Shown one piece after another: positions 14,301-28,116 of a DNA stretch of 64,000 nucleotides. Origin of the DNA: Podarcis cretensis (Eukaryota); NCBI GenBank assembly GCA_951804945.1, contig OX638149.1, forward strand, positions 41,044,001-41,108,000, in the 5' to 3' direction. A model generated the notes under the pieces. The model ran no database searches and had not been told where the DNA came from. It worked only from the letters and a program-made list of their open reading frames with translations. Numbering within the stretch: position 1 is the first letter of the stretch; every line of letters begins with the position of its first letter. Made by a program: the position numbers and the translations under genes.

Positions 14301-15699
14301 AGCTCATCTCAGAAACTTTACACCACTTTTCCACTTTAACCTTCCAGCAGATCCCTGAAACACACTACTTGAGTTGCTACTATCAATGCATTTAACACAA
14401 TCGATGATTCCTTGTGATTAAGGCTGCCTACAAAAACCTTTAAGGTATGAGCACCACCAGATGTCCAGGATGAATTATAGTCTTAGACTAAATTGATGTT
14501 AGCTCTGAGGAGATACGATAAGCTTTCTCCACATAGCTGTCCAGTCACCACTTCCTCCTCATGCGGTCCAGCTCTGGTAGGCTTCAGGCACTGGTTCTCT
14601 GATAGGAAGCTGTAACTGCCGTGAGGTCCAGGGTCCTGCAAAAGCCACAGGAACTCTTGTGGTACTTATATTTTTTGTGCAGTCATAATGGCCAGGGTTG
14701 TCTGTGGGAACCCTAACAGTTATTTGACTTAAAGTAGTAAATGTGAAAGCCTGCTGTCCACATTTAAAAGCCTTCACAGGACGCAATATTATGCTGCTTT
14801 ATCCAAGGGAATTTGGAGAATTGGAGTATTGGAGTACTGGAGAATTTTGGGAAGAGCTTATGGTGGGCAAGCATATATTTGAAATGAAACTTGAATAGAA
14901 AGGGGGAAACTGCCTTTTCCGCTTGTAGTAGGAGGTATAAGCTGGTGAACTGAGCTAGGCTTGGAGAAGAAGGGTACTTAGCCCTGCTATGGGATACAAA
15001 TTCAGAAATGGTTCAGGGGAAAAACAATAATCTAATACAGTGTTAAACAGACAGGTCTCTGGTTTATTCTTTTAGGGGGCTACAGAAGAGGTAGGGAAGG
15101 ATTAAGAATGGAAAGGAGTACTAATTGTCTTTCATTTCACAACAAATCACAGAGCAATATATTCTCAGGGAGTATTAGCCAGGTTTAACTGTACAGCTTC
15201 CACAATGATATTTCTGAAAATTGTTACTGCAAGAGGTTGGGGAGAAAGAGTGGATTGAGAAGGGCTAGAGACAGTCAGTTAAGGGTGTGATAGGCAGAAT
15301 GAGATTCGGCAGGAAAGAGAGGAAGTCCAGCACAGAGATTGGCAGGAAGCAAGTCATCACAGAGGGCAAAGCCTTCACTATGCCCATTCCCCAGCTCCAT
15401 AAATCTGCCTTCAAGCTTTGTAACTAACCCACCTCAAGTACTCAGAAAGCAAATATTGCCTTGGTCCTCATCACTCCATAACATAGGTGTCCAGTCTTTG
15501 CTTTTCACTGCCTCTCCCTTGCCTGCCTCTTCCATGTCATTTACATAGCAACCACTGGGGCTTGGACACACTGCTTATGCTTAACAATGGGATCAAGGTT
15601 ATCAGAATCTCCACTCCTACACAATTACTTTGAGATGTATTTTTGCACCCTTACTTCGGCACCCCTTTGTCTTCCCTTAGCTTCCCTATGTTCCAAGAT

Positions 15700-15800
15700 A
15701 TCCTGAACAATTGGTTTTAATTGTTGTAACCTACCCTGGGACCTTAGGGTGAAGGGTGAGTCAATAACAACAACAGCAGCAGCAGCAGCAACAACAACAA
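15700..15800 (+). mobile_element. L2-type 3' tail followed by a (CAA/CAG)n repeat
   Basis: ttgtaacctaccctgggaccttagggtgaagggtgag followed by aacaacaacagcagcagcagcagcaacaacaac. Confidence 0.55.
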
Positions 15801-16427
15801 CACCACAGCAATAACACAAGCTATTACAAAATATATATATATATACATATACAGTGTAAAGAAACAGTGGCAAAATGATGCATACTTATTTGTCACAAAA
15901 TATGTCAACTTGCCAGCTATATCATGTAATAAGAGTATTTTTATTATTTATTTATTGATGATGATGATGATTTTGACACAGCTGTGTGTGTTTCTGCTAT
16001 TGGTACCATCACATGCTGTTTATCTGCGTAAACAAATTTGCCATATGAGTAGTGTAGACAAATAAATATTCAATATGTAATAAAGTCATATGTGATATTT
16101 TTAAATCATATGTGAATGTTCTCTCTCCTATTATACTTAAGATGGATGGCTACCCACACACAAACATGAAGACAGACAATTCAGCTCCCTATTTCTAAAT
16201 GTATTTATATATGAATGTTTGAGTGCATGTGTATATGTGTGCTCACAAGCTCCCATGTGTTCCAGAGCTTTCCTTTTACTGTTTTTCCTGAACCTCTACA
16301 TGAGTAATATCCAACATCATGGACCTTGAACACTGATGATTCTGGCTAACGCTTTTATCCTTTGCTTGAAATTACAGGATCAGTCTAGCCAGAATTTATG
16401 AGAACCAGACCCTAGACCTCACATAGC

Positions 16428-16583
16428 NNNNNNNNNNNNNNNNNNNNNNNNNNNNNNNNNNNNNNNNNNNNNNNNNNNNNNNNNNNNNNNNNNNNNNNNN
16501 NNNNNNNNNNNNNNNNNNNNNNNNNNNNNNNNNNNNNNNNNNNNNNNNNNNNNNNNNNNNNNNNNNNNNNNNNNNNNNNNNNN
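16428..16583. other. N-run, 156 nt
   Basis: Direct reading. Confidence 0.95.
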
Positions 16584-16811
16584 TACAGAAATCTCATTGC
16601 TTCACAATGATGCAACTAATATCTCTCTTGTCCATGCTGAGATGGGGTTGTAAAGAAAATCAACACTGAAATTTCAGGAAATTAGCTGATGGGTTATTTG
16701 CTGTTCATACTTATAGATTACTTAATTAAATATTCATGGTTCTTTATGGGTGTCTGGGTACATTTGTGCACCCTTTTAGTTTTATATGCACATATACAAA
16801 TCACGAAAGTG

Positions 16812-16839
16812 TAATTTAGCTTTTATAAAAGCTAAATTA
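16812..16839. repeat. Perfect 28-bp palindrome
   Basis: taatttagcttttataaaagctaaatta is its own reverse complement. Confidence 0.95.
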
Positions 16840-17312
16840 TATGATATTATAACAGCATATGATATTAATTGCTGTTGCACTGTAAATAAGTGGGAAAATA
16901 CCCTTGACCCTAAAACAATTTAAAATATTTCTTGATACCTTGCGATGTGGAAGAAAATGGAATATCTACTCTAAATGGCATTTAGCCTCTCATTGTCACT
17001 TCTTAGCAGTGAGTGTTTCTAGCCAATAAGCCCACTTTGTTTGAAGTAGCCAGACCCATCTTTTACTAACTCTACTTTGGTTGGTTAGAAGGTTGCAACT
17101 TTTTATTTCAGATTCAGACATAATAACAGTTATTCAGCTCTTCATGCCCTCAAAGCTACTACTATGCATGATGTTGTTAGCATCCGTCTGTCTCAAGAGA
17201 CAATGGAAGAGTGCACCATCAGGGATAAAGTCAAACCACTGGAGAGTTACAGAGCCTCCATCTACCACTTTCATTATTTCAAACTACAGGTTTTGGAAAA
17301 TTCCTTCATTGT

Positions 17313-17428
17313 TTCTCTGTGGCACAATGAGTCAGCGTGTCTGGCTGTTAACCAGGGATGGTTGTGGGCTGGATTCCTATATTCCAGGGGGTTGATGACC
17401 CTCAGGATGCCTTCGAACTCTATGATTC
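17313..17428 (+). mobile_element. tRNA-Asn(GTT)-derived SINE with CR1 3' tail, internally deleted
   Basis: ttctctgtggcacaatgagtcagcgtgtctggctgttaacc matches the 5' half of vertebrate tRNA-Asn (as recalled, about 33/41), joined to agggatg (tRNA 3' end). CR1-like tail cagggggttgatgaccctcagg...ttcgaactctatgattc follows. Confidence 0.7.
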
Positions 17429-19981
17429 ATTGCTTTGGGCTCCATTAAAACCAAATGATTTATTATGTAAGAAATGCATTTTTAACTAAGAATTTGAAGT
17501 GGCTGTTAGAAATGGTATCTTAAAAAAATATGCTGTTATACTTAGCCCATACTAAAGAGCAAACAACGAACGGTGAGATCCAGGTAAAAGTAAGAATTTC
17601 TAAATTTCATTGATTCAGGGGGAGAAAATTAAGCATGTAACCCAGCTTAAATGTGGCTGGATCATGTCCTAATGGAACATATATATCTTAGGCAGATATT
17701 TTCAGTACAGGTGTTCAGAATGCTCTCTGATTTACAAAAAACAAGCACAATGATTTTTAGTTACTATGTGCTGTATAGCTAGGGATCTGATTAATTTTAA
17801 GTTCACATAATATATATATTTCACTAGCCACACTTTGGAAACTTACAGATATATGTTTAAAGTACCATGTGCCATGATCCTGCAATGCGATGAGTGTCTG
17901 TTGCTACTTACTCATCTGAGGAATCTGAGAACAGGCAGCGCCTCACAGGATGCACTTCACACCATACAGAATTGGACACTTGTTCTAACTAAAACAAACA
18001 GTGTACAAAAGGTCTTCAGTCCCAGTGACTAAAACAGTTTTGATGGAGACCAGTCTTTGACCTTGTTGACATGTGTCTCTATTCTTTTCAGCAGCCCTTG
18101 GTGTCCACATCAGAGGAATGCAAAACAATCATCCGCTGAGGTGGCCATAGGTCTCTTTGTGCAATATATAGAACACACACTATTTAATGCACAGTAAGGC
18201 AGCTATTTTTTGCACTCTATGTAGGAGTAACTAGCTGATTTAACCAAGTTATCAGCTACATACTTTGACATGTCAACAGTGTATATGAATAGTGTCTATA
18301 GTGCCAGTATGCATGCCCCTGAAGAATTATTCTGGCTTGAGGATCAAATGAATGCCTTTTACCCTTCTTTAACTCAGGCCTTTGTGCCTCCTGCCAGGTC
18401 TCCCAGGGCTAAAAGATGTTCCCATTTCAACTCACCAACCCTTGGGTTGTATCTAAGAAAATTATAGTCAGAGCAGACCCACTGAGATTAATGGGCCTAA
18501 AGTTATTCATACCCATTATTTTCAATGGGTCTACTATGAGTACCATTAATAAGGCTATAGCCCCATCTTCGTTATTTCCTCTCTTAAGTCCTTCCTCAAA
18601 ACCAAATTTAAATAATGCCCTTGACTGCCCTTATGCCACCTTTCAGGGACTCCCTCTTTTTATTTATTTTATGAGGTTTTTATCCAACCCTTCAGTCTGT
18701 CTGGGTTTGTACTGTTTTACATTATCATGGCCTCATCATCTCTCTTTATTGGTGTCTCATCTTAACAAAATTAAATCCTCTAGCCAACGAGGGTTTTTTG
18801 TTCTGTATAACACCTAACATTCTGTTACCACTGAATAAATGTTTAATAACAGTAATTCTAAATAAAACTGTGAGGTAAACCTCTTCCCTCCATAAAAATT
18901 GTCCAAAACGGTTTCTTCCTGTAAATCCAAAAAAGGGTTTATTCATTTGTATTTTTATACTTTGTTCAACAGGAAAAGTAAGTCACAACTGGAAACTTTA
19001 CCTCATAAACTAGCCATTATCATTAGCCATTGAAAAGATAAAATCACTTGATTTGGTTGTGAACCACATATTAGGTTTAAAGACACTCCAATGATACTGG
19101 GAGATGACAACTTGGTATGGATTAGGAAAACAGAATTTATGAAAGAATGACGGTTTAATTTGCAGTTACAGCAACCTTGGCATTCCATGCCAGCTGACAT
19201 GGACACTGATCTTAGGTTAAGGAAGAAAATGAAAACTTGCGTACTTGGGCTGAATAATTTTTTTCCTCTCCTTTTCTTCTCTTTGAAAGATTTAAAGCCT
19301 TCTATGTGCAACACTGGCTCAAAACGAAAGACCATACTAGACATGTGGGGTAAATACTTGGCCCAGATTCAACTAAACAGTTGGGCTAACAGGAGCCAGA
19401 AGAACATGCCCACTAGTACAATGGAGCTTCCCCCACCTTTTCTCTCCCACATGCTCCACCCTCCCAAATCAACTCGGGGGTGGGAAGTCAGAAGAATCAG
19501 TTTGCCATTTACTTAGAAAATGGGATGGAAGAGTCTACTTCCTACAAAACTGCCTAGGTAGCATTGCATATCAGAATGTCCCCCTCAGGGCTCCATACAT
19601 AGAGGGATCACTGAGGCCATTCTGGTGGCTCAACCCCTGAATCTCAATGTACACACAATGTGCATGGTCATCTGCATTGTTGAAGTCTGTACAAGTAGAG
19701 CTCTACATATGTAGACATCTACACAATCTGGAATCCCAACTGAATGCTTTGAGATAGGTTTTCCTTATGCAGACATCCACACACAATGCATCAGCTTTGA
19801 GCACTGTATTTCCCTGGAAATATCATGTTGGAGCCAGCAGCCTGGCTCCACTGTTCCTTTCTGTGGAGGTCTGTTCACATGAATATCATGTGCAAAGAGA
19901 CTACAGTCAACTTGTTAAACAAGGACAATATAACTTGATGTGACCTTATCATAAGCTTGAGCAAAATGCAGCCTCGCAGTT

Positions 19982-20113
19982 TAGGGGGAGGCAACCTAAG
20001 GCCCATGGGCCAGATGTGGCCCAATCACATTCTCAATCCAGCCCATGGATGATCCGGGAATCAGCATGTTTTTACATGAGTAGAATGTGTCCTTTTATTT
20101 AAAATGCATTTCT
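19982..20113 (+). mobile_element. hAT-Charlie/MER58-like non-autonomous element, 5' fragment
   Basis: ggcaacctaaggcccatgggccagatgtggccc subterminal motif typical of hAT-Charlie MITEs. Confidence 0.6.
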
Positions 20114-22751
20114 AGATAAGGTTTGACCATATGAACTAGTGAAACATCACTAGCTGAGCAAGCAGCCTATGGAGGGACAAAGAAGGTTGGTATTTTATAA
20201 AAACTCTTTACTGAGCTCTAAACATTTTCAATAGTATAGCAATGAGAGAAAGTCTGTAGTACTTTTATTGGAAGAAGGCCAAGCAGGGTCAATCCTTCTA
20301 AAGAACTATAATCATAAAGTGCATATATATCTAGAAGTCACTGCCTCATAAACACAATGTTTTTTCTGTAAGATATACTGAGTTACTGAGTTTAATCCAA
20401 CAGTGATGTAAATCAGAACTGCCTGTCAAGGTTCTGACATTGGTGGCTTACCAATAAACCTCTTTCTTGATCCTTGTGTGGTAGATGCTACACAGAGGAA
20501 ATTTTGGTATCACTGAACAACAGTGTGTACCATGGCAACTCTGCCCCCAGCTGCAAATTCACAAAGGTGGATGAAAGGGTAGAACTGAGAAAGGGGTTTC
20601 TCTAAGATAGGATAACAACTCTTGAACTCAGTTCAACCTCTGGTTGAGCTAAACTGAAATAGAGTCAACAAACCCTAGGAAGATCAGGGGTTCTTGGTTC
20701 ACTATTTTTCTATCTGGACTCATGAGCAAATAAACAACAGGGGGTTCTTATCTCTTTTGGGCAGAATTTACCTTCCATAAGTAAACAAAGCAATGGCTGG
20801 AAATCTTAATAACCCCTTGTTTATTTAGATTCAGACTGTTATCAGACAATGACATCTATATCTTTATGATAGATTGGTAGTGTCTGCTCTGTTCATGTGT
20901 CCAAGAAAGGGAATATAATTGTATTTGATATTTCCCTAATGATTTAAATGAGTCTCTGTCCAAAATAAAACATTAAATGAACAAAGAAATAAAATGGACC
21001 CTGAGTTTTAATTTCAGTGAGTATAAATGTTCAAAAACATCTTTGGAGGGCCAAATTAGACATGATACTAAAAATGTAGAAACCACCAATATCAGGGAGG
21101 TATAATCTTTTCTTCCTCAAAGTCCTGATGGAAAGTTTTCATCCCCTACCACAGCAATGAGCCTTCTCTCTAAAGATTCATAGCCACATGCGTAGAGCAG
21201 TAATTTTCACTAGTACTGTGGCTGGAAAGTGGTAGTAAATATCCCTTCTTCATGCACTGCATTCCTAAGGGAAATAGCCCCCTTGAACCTAATAATAATA
21301 ATAATAATAATAGATAAAGTTGACCCAAAGCAACACTTACTAATGGCACCTTTAAAGTCACATTTACCGTACTTTGGCCCTGAGAAGTAGAAGTCTGAAC
21401 ACCCTCCATTCTTGCATAACCCTTCCCTGTGTGTACGACAACCTTTTCATTTGTGATAAAGTACATAAACTAGACAAAACCAGAGCAAGCATTACAAGTT
21501 AGATTTAGTCTGCAAATCAATCAATTCAATATGAATGTAGTGATGTGCCATGTGATTATAACAAACCTGTGAATTCTGACTTGAAGTGAAGGTTATTAGA
21601 AAAGTCATGAAGACACATTGAACTGAAATTCAGAATACCTAAAAACTAAACTCCCTTATAATAAAAAATTTGGAAGAGTCTGAAAAGATTCTGATTTGGA
21701 CCACTGTCCGTATGATCTCAGTATTTGGAAATAAATAATTTCCTAATTAATATTTTGTAGGCAAGAATATTGTTGTGCCAAACAAAACTAAATATAAGAA
21801 AGGAATTAGATGAATTTTCTGGAGAAGTGAAGATAGGAAGATGAGAGAGCAAGGGAAGAATTCAGCTCTATTTTTGTCTCTTCCCTACCTACAGCACCTT
21901 TACCCATTTTAGGCAGTCAAAAAAGATGGAAGGAGAGAAACCACTCTCTTGAAAAAAAGGAGCATTGGCAACTGGAGAGTCACATAGTACTCCTGAGATA
22001 GCCAGATTTGGCCTAGGGGGTGTCAGTTGCTAATCCATAATGTCATATGTATGTTTTGTGCATGCAAATTCCACAACATTCACTTGGATTTTTAAATTGC
22101 CACCTATAATGTCTCAGTAACTATCAAGAATAGAGATTATTTAAATATATATACTATGCATATATGCTGTCATGAATTTGAATGATTATATGCATCTTAA
22201 TTTCTGGATGGTACAGGATGACTACAGTTACTAATATTTCACCATGAGATTCTATTGTATAAAGTGTTCTTAGATGCTTAATAATAAATGCACGCACACA
22301 TTAACACTCAGCTTAACTAGTGTTACAGAAACATATTGTACCATCTGTTTGGCAGAACCCATCCAAGGTTTATCAAATCTCCTTGTAGCTAGAATTTATA
22401 CAAAATTTTATAAAAGTGTATCAGTGGACAAAATGAGCTCTTCTCAAACTCTCATATCTCTCTGGTTTGATTCTAAACCAACTGGGTAATTAGTCCTAGC
22501 TGACGCAAATAGTCTATAGAAATGGTGGTTTTCTATTTTATTTTTAAGACCAAACCACAGACTTTCAGCTATCACTATCTGAAACGGATTTTCACTTTAG
22601 AACACATAGCAACATTCTATACTATTTAAAATATTTCTAATTAAAACATTATACTAGGGAAAGGTTTCCTCTGGACAAGATACACAGTACTGGCAATAAA
22701 CTTAATCAAAATAAATAATGAGAAATCATGTTTATTTAATAGTACATTATA

Positions 22752-22838
22752 GTTGCAATCTTAGACCCACTTCCCATGGAGTAAACCCAACTAAACTGAG
22801 TGGACTTACTTCTGAGTAGTCATATACAGCATTGCACT
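22752..22838. repeat. Short foldback MITE, same family as 8749
   Basis: gttgcaatctta...ggagtaaaccc...ggacttacttctgagtag...attgcac. Confidence 0.55.
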
Positions 22839-24428
22839 GACGTTCTTTGAATGAGCTTTTGATTTTCTGCCAAATCTAAATAGGTTTGATTAAAGTAGCT
22901 ACTATTCCTATTTTAATCGTTTTTGTTACAATGATCAACAGAAGCAGAATTATGAAAACAAAGATCTAGTTCTAAACAATCATTTCCATGGAAACTTTTC
23001 ACTTACTTTATACCTAGATAAGGAATAAGCCTCATTTAGCTCAATGGGACTTACTTCTGAGTAAACAAGACATAGCACTTATAATTCCCACTGATTTAAA
23101 TGAGGGTAAACTTAACTTTCTCCGGCTGAAAGCAGTGGGCCATAAAACAGGCTGGGTTGTGCCCCCAGTCCTCAATTAATTTCATTTCATTTTCTATTTC
23201 CCCGTTCTTATGAAGAAATTGTTTTGGTTGTTCCTGTTTGTAGCCTAAAAACATGTCTTTAATGTTTCGATTTAGGGAAAAATCCTTAGCAAATGATGCA
23301 TGCAAAAACAGAGTTATGTTGATTGAGCAGCTGTGTTCTTGGAGTGGGGGGAAGGAAGGAAAGATGGGAGAAAACATTCCAGATGTTTCATCCATATAGC
23401 AACACCTTGCATAATATTGTCTCAAAATATCTTGGCCTAGTCCCACCTCATCATATCCTTCGCCTGGAGACTTCTGCCTAAAAGTACCCATCATTATAAA
23501 GTTAACCTTAATGATTTTATGACCTAACTCCCCATCTCCTTTTATAATTTAAGCAAGGTGCTCAGGCAAACTGCTAACATCTGTTATCAATATGTTATAT
23601 TTAGAGGCTTCTATTTATCAGATATATAGTTTCCTACACATGGAAGTATTTCTAATAGCTTCTATCTACTGGCAGTCAAATAAGCTACATGCATACAAAA
23701 GTATGTAGCTGATCTGGTAATACTGTGGATCAATTTAAGAGTAATATGAGGAAAAAAGAATTATTCTCTCACATCCTGGACAGGATATCTTGTTTCTTTA
23801 ATTATTTTAATGTCACTTTTATGACCATATGGCTTGAAATTACTTTGTCTCACTTGGGTAAATAAAAGGTGATACTTCTCTTCCATAATACATACACAAC
23901 TAAACTAATCTAAGTTTTACATCAGTGAAGTCAATCGACTAAAACTAATACCAGAGTTTTCTTTCTGTAGCACAAAGCAGCCAATGGCCTCCGTGCAACT
24001 TGATTTTAATGGATCTTGCACATAACATCTCCAACGTATTCTAGAGTCTTTAAGATAAGTGGACAGTCTTCACAGTATCATATGTGTATCAAGCTTGCAC
24101 TATGAAGGAGTGAATTGAGGTTCCAAACAGCTGTGAAATTACCGTATCTTCTCCTGGAATCCTGTCAAAGTCTGAAAATTTCTGCAAGCACTGTCAGTTT
24201 GGTTTGCCTTTTAACTGCAGTTAAGGGACATCTTTATTTCTGATATTTAGCATTAAATGAATATTTTATTGATAAGTTTAATGAAATTTCTATTTTAATG
24301 CTGTTACTTATTCTGAGCTTTAGGATAGTGTTGATTAGAACACTAACTAGTCAGTTAACTAAATTAAGTCAAGAATTTATTTTGTTGTTTTGTTTCTTGT
24401 CTTAACATAACAAAGCAACACCATACAA

Positions 24429-24705
24429 CCTATTTATTTATTTAATCATTTATAAGCTGTCTTTCGAAACCAAGTTCACCCAAGGCTGCAAAAAATAAAT
24501 AAATGAGCATAAGAACACCATGATAGTATAATTAAAGTATATGAATTCAAACAAGCAACAACAACACACATTAAAACATAATTCAGCCAATAAAACATAG
24601 CTCCAAAGCAACAACATGGCCAATAAAACACACACCTTTCAAAAGTGGGGTAGTTTTAAAGCCTTTTTAAATAGAGCAAATGAGGGGGCCAAATGCAGCC
24701 CTAAT
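24429..24705 (-). mobile_element. L2-like 3' end fragment
   Basis: (TATT)n tail next to a ttataagctgtcttt...ccaaggctg hairpin-type L2 terminus on the minus strand. Confidence 0.45.
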
Positions 24706-25639
24706 GCACCATTACTGTAGTCTAGTCTCAATGTAACTACAGCATGCATGACTGAAGCTAGATTCGCTATGCACAATTGTATAGTTGAACAAATATGCAA
24801 ATATTTCCTCTCTCTCAACTGTCACCTAGCCACGACCATTGTATCAGCAGAGGGAGAGAAGGGAAACAGGGTCACTCCATCAGCTCTGCAGAAAAGAGCT
24901 CCACTGGGCTTCTCTCCCCATCACCTGTCATCTGGGAGCAACCATTCCATCAAACTGCAGCAGAGGAAAAGATAGGAAGCAGGGCCAGCCGATAAGAGAC
25001 CAACAACTTTTAGTTTTTTCTTGCTTTGAACTTTTTTTCAATCCAACTGATAATAAGAACTTTGTGACTCAGAATAGTGCCTGAGTTTGCTTACCTCCCT
25101 TCTCTCCCCCCCCCCGGACTCTTTTCCTTTTGTGACACATACACCTGGGAGCAGGCATTTATATACATTCTAAACATGGGGTCCCATGATCAACCTCCCT
25201 TAATTTTGATAACAAAAATAATTTGGAGTGTCTTTCAAAATTTTCAGAATGGGAATAATCTATTTTGGCACAAAACATTTTAAAAATTGGAAGAGTTTTA
25301 ATCTGTTGTTCAACTTTTAATCTGGAAAAAAATGCCATGTGCTATGAACAAAATCTCTACAATATATGCTTGATTCTGGTAAATCTTATAATCAGAAGTA
25401 TGCCACATGGGCAGAGTAGGTTTCCTACAAAAGACAACCACTTTAGTCTTCTTGTAATTCACCTTTGCAAAAATTTCTTAAGGCAGTTATGTCTGAGACA
25501 TGCTATCTGCTCATAAGAAAGCAAATCACATTATTTGCATAAAGCACTACTGATTATATTCTATTTCTCGTTGCAACTGAAAGCAAAACCCTAGGCTCCG
25601 AAACAATAGCAATAAGATAAAATTTAAAATCAAAAGACA

Positions 25640-26030
25640 TGCAAATATAACCCCCTGTTGAACTCCCAGTATACTTTTGCCATTCTCACAGGAGTACAGG
25701 GATCTAATGTAAAATAACAACCTTTTGTCAATATTGGCATGCTGTATTTTTGCCATAACCTGTCTCTATTTATGGAACTGAAATCTGCCTTTAGGTCAAT
25801 AAAAAGTGTATATAGGTAGCCTTTTTTAATGGAATATTTGTTAACCAAATGTGTAAAGGTAAATATGCTGTCTAATGACATGAAAATTGTCGTGGACCAT
25901 GTTTGTTCCTTACATAAAGTAATATTTATCTAGGTGCACTCCTGTACTACTGAACAGACATTTAGCATACAATATTCTGATTTTAAAAAGATTATACTGA
26001 TAATATTCATGTTCTGACCACCTGCAATTT
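25640..26030 (-). mobile_element. Non-LTR retrotransposon RT remnant (RTE-X-like)
   Basis: ORF 25630-25881: SLDSIFTFTHLVNKY...LYTLFIDLKADFSSINRDRLWQK, which is the RT motif (FIDLKAAFDSI..L). Confidence 0.7.
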
Positions 26031-26737
26031 CCCCTGAAATACCAGAAATAAATTTTGCCTATTAAAAAGGTAGTCACCAAATTAGGTTTTGTTTATAAAC
26101 AAAAGTTTGTGTGGTATGTCATTTTCCCTAGGGGTGTTGTTGCTGACCAGGGAACACGCCTGCTCCTCATATACAAATTTACATAGACTGCTTGTGACAC
26201 TTAAGGTTGGTACTCATTGCTGAAAACAGGAAAAGCAGCTCTCTCAGGCACTATTTGGACTATGTGCCATATCAAGAGATAGACGAAACCTTGAGAATCC
26301 ATAATTGCTATTTTCCAGAGCTGACACTGTTATTCCTGGCTGATTCTGTGATTATTCCACAGTACAGCCCTGATAATGATATTTCCTGGCTTTAAAAACC
26401 CTCTTCTATTTCTTTTAATAAAATTTTGAACTTGCTTCCCTGAGTTAGACGGATTAACCTAGCTGGCTGGGTGCCTTGCCAGTTCTTTGGCTGCTTTATA
26501 CTACATTCTTGAAACCATTCTTTCCCCCTCATGAATCAGAGAAGCCAACAAGCTGGAAGAAGCAAAGAAAGGTTCAAAACTACTACTGAATGTAGGAAAA
26601 GCTTGGTGAATTAAATTGGAGGAATTCTAATCCATGAATTGACTATAGCTGCTACATCTTGGACATGAGCTTGTGCTTCAGTAGTTAAAGCCACATCCTA
26701 ATTCTATTGAGAGGAGCAGAAGGAGAGGAGCTCAAAA

Positions 26738-26965
26738 TCAATTGCCCACAAGATGTAGTGATGGCATCCAACTTGACTGGCTTTAAAAGAGGAGTAGACA
26801 ATGCCTCTGAATACCCTTTTCTGGGAATCACATGTGGGGAGATTGTTGTTGCACTCCAATCTCATGTGGGTTTCCCATGGGCATCAGGATGGCCACTGTG
26901 AGAATAGGATGCTGGGCTTGATAGGCCTTGGCCTGTTTCAGCAGGGCTCTTCTTACGTTCTTATG
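26738..26965 (+). mobile_element. CR1 3' fragment
   Basis: tgcccacaagatgtagtgatggc...ggctttaaaagaggagtagacaa (CPQDVVMA..L.GFKRGVD) and terminus ggccactgtgagaataggatgctg...cagcagggctcttcttacgttcttatg. Confidence 0.75.
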
Positions 26966-27744
26966 GCATTAAATCGCTTACTAACAGAGAATAATGGTGT
27001 CAGGTGTGATATTGTTCATGGCTCTAGGACGATTCAGAATACAGTTACCTACATTCACATCCATGCCCATAAGCATTCTCTGCAGCAATTTCCCTTTCCT
27101 AAACAGGAATAATCACTTGGGTTTGCCAGTGCATTAACCTATCATGATCTGGAGGCGTCTCATGACCTGTTCTGTGTTTAGGACCTCTTGGGGAAGTAAC
27201 AAAACTGGAATCTTTGTAGGGGCAGCAAGATAGTCAGGTCACAGAATCTGAACAAGAAGCAATATGAAACCTTTGGCTGGAGATGCAAGTTGAGTTCAGT
27301 TAAAGAAAGGTTAGGAAACAGATGCAGGTACAAGGAGAGATGTAGGTAGCAGAATCACTGCAAGTGACAAACCAGGAGAAAGTCTGTAGGACCAAAGACC
27401 AGAGCAAAGCAGGAATGGCAAAGAGAACAAGCTTCTTATCAGTATGAACTCAGGCAGTTGTGTGGACGAAGTCCACCTACAGAAAGGGGAAAGTTATGTA
27501 GGCACAGGTGAAGGCAATAGCTAGTTATAGCAGGGACGGATAGGATAAGGCTGTGAAGATCTGCAGGGGACAACCTCAAGCAGATTGGCTTCATGATGGC
27601 TCTTTTAAGAAGGCCCCAGTTCACCTCTATAGGAGTGGGACTACAATACAGTTAGCCCAGCCAAGAGATGTATGGAACAGGGAACAGAAGCTATCATTTG
27701 GGACTAATGAAGAGCTCTTGAGCTTAAATAGGTTAAGATTTGGA

Positions 27745-28116
27745 CAGCCCAACTTTTCATACCAAGTAGGCCACAAGAGTACTTTGACATGGAACCCATG
27801 GGCTGCACACTGCCTTGTCACAGGGTGGGGTGGGGCTGTGGAGATCGAGACCAAAATTTAACACACCCACCCAGCCCTCACTGCCTTCCCAAAGCAGGGC
27901 TCTACAGATTCCTAGAGTCCACCCCCTCCTTCCCAAAGCCTGGTAAGTGCTTTCCCAGCTTTGGGAAGGAGGTGGGAGGGCTCTAGGACCCAACCAGAGC
28001 ATCACTTACCTGGCTTTGGGAAGGAAATGCAAGGGCAGGGTGGGAAGGGCATCAAATGCCAAAAAATGCCTCAAGGGTCCCATGTGGCCTTCAGGCCACA
28101 TGTTTGGTCACCCTGG
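27745..28116. mobile_element. Degenerate hAT-type MITE
   Basis: ccaacttttcataccaagtaggccaca...gggctgcac at one end and catgtggccttcaggccacatgtttggtcaccctgg at the other; internal inverted cttcccaaagc/gctttgggaagg motifs. Confidence 0.5.

Noticed and set aside
17313-17360. Functional tRNA-Asn gene
   Set aside because: The T-arm/B box is deleted, the rest is mutated, and it is fused to a CR1 tail.
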